Source: an uncultured bacterium (GTDB taxonomy: Bacteria > Babelota > Babeliae > Babelales > Vermiphilaceae). Taken from it: a DNA stretch of 64,000 nt. Positions 60,211 through 64,000 of this stretch are shown in pieces (position 1 is the stretch's first letter; each line of letters begins with the position of its first letter). The notes beneath the pieces were generated by a model. It was not told where the DNA came from and ran no database searches. It was given only the letters and a program-made list of their open reading frames with translations. The stretch lies in contig OY969561.1 of NCBI GenBank assembly GCA_963701085.1, positions 320,001 to 384,000 of the forward strand, given 5' to 3'. Both the position numbers and the translations under genes were made by a program.

Positions 60211-63200
60211 ATGAAAAAATATTATGTCCTATCTTTGTTGATATGGGCGTTGCCACTAGTGGCAGAAAAAAGAGATGTTGCTGACAGCATATCTGAATAT
60301 CAATTACATCATCTGTATAATAATTCATATAATAGAGACATTTATTTCGGCAAAGATGTGAGCAACATTGTTAATGTGATACGATGCATTAATGAGATAG
60401 ATGACAATAAAAATTCTTGTCTTCGTGAATTACTCAATTGTATAGATAAAGGGTGTCTTTTTGGTGGATGGGATGCCGTTGCTCAAGCCCTTGATTATGC
60501 AGATTTGGTTTTAAAAAAACGTCATACATGGCTTCCTAAAAAAATTGCCAAAAAATTAACTGCTGATCTTCATCTTATCATTAACCAGATGATTGATGGT
60601 TCATTGTGTGTTGATTCAAACACAATAAAATTTAATAATGATTTTTGTGGTATCATTTTCGATACTATTGTTGACGGAGCATTGATCGTTAGAGGTAACA
60701 CACGCCTGCATGGTAAACTCAAAGTTTATGAAAAAGCTCTTTTTAAAGATAAAGTAAAATTCAAAAAAGATGTTACTGTAGAAGGTACCTTAACAACAAC
60801 AGACTTAGTTGTTCGTGATTGTATTGATAAACTTTGCGTAAACAATTTGACGGTAACCGACATTGTTGTAACTAATTTGAGTATAGTAGGTTGTTTGGCT
60901 GAGTTATGTGTGGAAAATTTATCAGTCGTTAATGAAACAGTAAGTGGAACATTGTCGGTTAATGACTTAGTTGTAAACAATTGTATCAATGATCTATGCG
61001 TAATAAACTTTTCAGCAGTTGATGCATCAATAAGTGGTACGTTATCCGTAAATGATCTTGTGGCGGGTACCGTAGAAGCTGTGTGTAATTTAAGTGTTGG
61101 TTGTAATATTCTGATGCATAATACCGAAAGTCCATTGATAGGTAACATCTTAAAAGATGGCGATCGGTTTATTCATAATACCGGTACTAACAATACATTT
61201 ATGGGGATTAACGCAGGAAACTTTACAACAAGTGGTTTGGGCGGTAATACCGCTTATGGCGTTAATGCATTGCAATCTAATACAACAGGAGCTAATAATA
61301 TTGCCATTGGTGTTGACGCGCTATTTTCAAATACGACAGGTGTCAATAGTATAGCAATTGGTAATAATTCTCTCGAATCTAATACAACAGGATTATTTAA
61401 TGTGGCGGTTGGTTACAATACATTGGCAGCAAATACAACAGGGTCAGTTAACGCTGCGTTTGGTACTAATGCATTGCAAAGCAATATTACCGGATTTTAT
61501 AACGTTGGTGTTGGTAACTTTGCATTACAAAGTAATATATCAGGAAATAATAATGTTGGTGTTGGTAATTTTGCATTAGCGGCAAATACAACAGGTATTG
61601 AAAATGTTGCTGTTGGTAATTTTACGCTGCAATTTAATACGGTTGGTAGTGATAATGCTGCGCTCGGTAATTTCGCATTAACACAAAATACTATCGGCAT
61701 TCAAAATACTGCTCTTGGTAATCATGCATTGCAACAAAATATTACCGGTTATGAAAACACTGCTGTTGGCTATAATGCGCTGACATCAAATAGGAGTGGT
61801 ATAAGAAATACTGCTGTAGGTGCTTATGCATTAAAAAGTAATACAACTGGTGTTGATAATACAGCAGTTGGTGATAGTGCATTAAAAGCAAATACTGTAG
61901 GCACAGCCAATGTAGCCGTTGGTAATTTTGCGCTAGAATCAAATACGTGTGGAGGAGCTGATGTAGCAGTTGGCCGTTTTGCGTTAACCAGTAATGAGGC
62001 GGGAAACTTTAATGTTGCGGTTGGTAACAATGCACTTATGGATAATATAGAATCAGTCAATGCTGCTTTTGGAACAGATGCATTGCTTGTTAATACAACC
62101 GGATTTTTTAATACTGCTCTTGGTAATTATACACTTAATGCCAATACAATTGGTGTACAAAATACAGCAGTAGGTACATTTGCTGCCCCTGCAAATGATG
62201 TAGGTACTGATAATATTGCGATAGGGTATCATGTATTTTTTTCTAATATGACAGGTAATTTTAATGTTGTCATGGGTAATTTTGCACAAGCGACTTCCAC
62301 TGGTAAAGAATATGCAATTCCTATTAATGATCCAGAGGCTCCATCGGGGTTTATCTTAGTGGGTGGAGACGGGGCTGTTGCAATCGGATATCAAGCATTA
62401 CAAAACAGTTTGCTTGGTGAACAGACTGCAGTTGGTTTTCAAGCATTAAAATCAAATAATCTTGGTCTTGGCTTAACTGCAGTTGGATTTCTTGCTCTTG
62501 CCGCTAATATTGACGCTATTGATAATACTGCAGTTGGCTATAAAGCACTTACTACCAATATTGAGGGCGCTGATAACACTGCAGTTGGTTCAACTGCTAT
62601 GGAATTTAATACATTAGGACTAGATGGTACCGCCGTTGGTTCAGCTGCATTAAGATTCAATACAATAGGGGATGGAAATGTTGCGATTGGAGCAGCTTGC
62701 CAAGAATTTTGTATTGCAGGAGACGGCAATGTAGGGGTAGGCACTGAATTCATTACAATTTAATGTTGATGGTAATGAAAATACTGCTTGCGGCACTGCA
62801 GCGCTTAGATTTACTGTAGCGCCTACGTCTAGTGTTGCTGTTGGCGCTAACTCACTGGGTGCTAGTACTCTTGGAGAAGAAAATACTGCAGTGGGCACAA
62901 ATTCAATGCTTATCAATACTGAAGGAAGCTTTAATGTGGCGGTTGGCCATGATACATTGGCGGCAAATGTGATAGGAGAAGGAAATACATGTGTTGGTTA
63001 TAAATCTCTTCTTGTCAATGAGGCAAGTTTTATTACAGCGGTTGGTTTCTTAGCTTTAACAGCGAATACTATCGGAATATCTAATGTTGCCGTTGGTGCC
63101 AATGCTCTTACCGCAAGTATAGACGGGAACGCTAATACCGCTGTAGGCGCGGATGCCCTTGCTGCTAATACTGGTCCAGGTGATAACATAGCTATTGGTT

Positions 63201-64000
63201 TTGGTGCCGGCGCAGCAGGCGTGTTAGGAACCGCCAATATAATAATTGGTAACGGAGCAGCGGATCTTATTGAAGGGAGCGATAATATTATCATAGGTCA
63301 TGGTGCATTTGCAGCATCTTTTAGTCCAACAGCTATAGCAAATATTGCGATTGGAACTGGTGCTCTTGCTATAAATGATGGTCTCATAAATGTAGCAATT
63401 GGCAACGAGGCATTATCACTTAATCCTATTGCGATTAATACTATTGCAATTGGCACCGGTGCTGGCATAGATGATACACTGGGTGCTGATAATATTTGGA
63501 TAGGATCTCCTGGATTCGACACGTTTACAACAATAGGAATTGGAACGCCTTTATTGCATAATATTGCTTGTTTTCCTGAGACATGCTTTACAACGTTTGC
63601 CCCTCTAGCCGTTGGTTTATTACTTGGTAGTCCTACTGCCGGTTATGCTCAATTTGGTATTTTTCCCCCTCCTCCTTCTGCAAAACGTTTTAAACATGAT
63701 ATAGAAGATATGGGAATTAATTCTGAATTTATTTATAAGTTGCGGCCCGTAACATTTAAATATAACGATGATTTGACATTTGTTTCCAAAGATAAGATTA
63801 ATAACAGACAATATGGTTTAATTGCTGAAGAAGTTGGTGAAGTAATGCCTAATTTAGTCTTGTCAGATCCTTTAGGTAGTGGAGAAATATTCTCAGTTGA
63901 TTATGATGCTTTGGCACCAATGTTACTTAATGAAGTTCAGAAAATTAATAAAAAAGTAACGGAATTGCAGGAAAAAGATCTGACCATCGCAGATTTGAGA
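60211..64000 (+). CDS. S74-chaperone fibre/adhesin-like protein, paralog 4; one frameshift at ~62750; runs off window
   Basis: Tandem duplicate of paralog 3. Removing one T at ~62749 restores GTESLQFNVDGNENTA and the downstream repeats and S74 domain. Confidence 0.85.

Noticed and set aside
52613-63811. Many antisense ORFs over the fibre genes
   Set aside because: Shadow frames produced by repetitive codon usage on the opposite strand.
56175-64000. Diversity-generating retroelement TR/VR pair
   Set aside because: No reverse transcriptase, the duplication is gene-length, and the differences are not adenine-specific.
52141-64000. Prophage tail region
   Set aside because: No capsid, terminase, tape-measure or baseplate genes; the proteins carry Sec signal peptides.

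Overview
AT-rich bacterial chromosome segment. The gene content suggests an intracellular protist parasite such as Candidatus Dependentiae/TM6 (inference from many signal-peptide eukaryote-like proteins, ThyX and S74-chaperone fibre proteins). Housekeeping genes include ppsA (5' end), an HtrA/Deg protease, tlyA, an amidase, dnaA, pgk, a LolC/E permease, rpiB, pepA, thyX, ftsW, murD, ileS, rplI, dnaB, ruvC and two tRNA-Arg. They are interspersed with candidate secreted effectors: CaaX-tailed paralogs, a clan-CD protease-like protein, an atypical kinase, a C2H2 zinc-finger protein, degenerate J-domain proteins and a pseudo-FtsH. The window also holds a duplicated toxin-antitoxin cluster, a tyrosine recombinase and four tandem S74-chaperone fibre/adhesin paralogs. 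The most striking feature is a ~750-bp element after dnaA: a lone small GIY-YIG nuclease gene embedded in a cluster of REP-like palindromes (CCTTCGATAC-variable hairpin-ACTCAGGGCGAGCG) and bracketed by a 21-bp direct repeat. About 25 copies of this repeat are dispersed through the window, some with their own 12-14 bp flanking duplications, and related palindromes sit in-frame inside proteins. Several single-base frameshifts, including one in the essential ileS, suggest indel sequencing errors.
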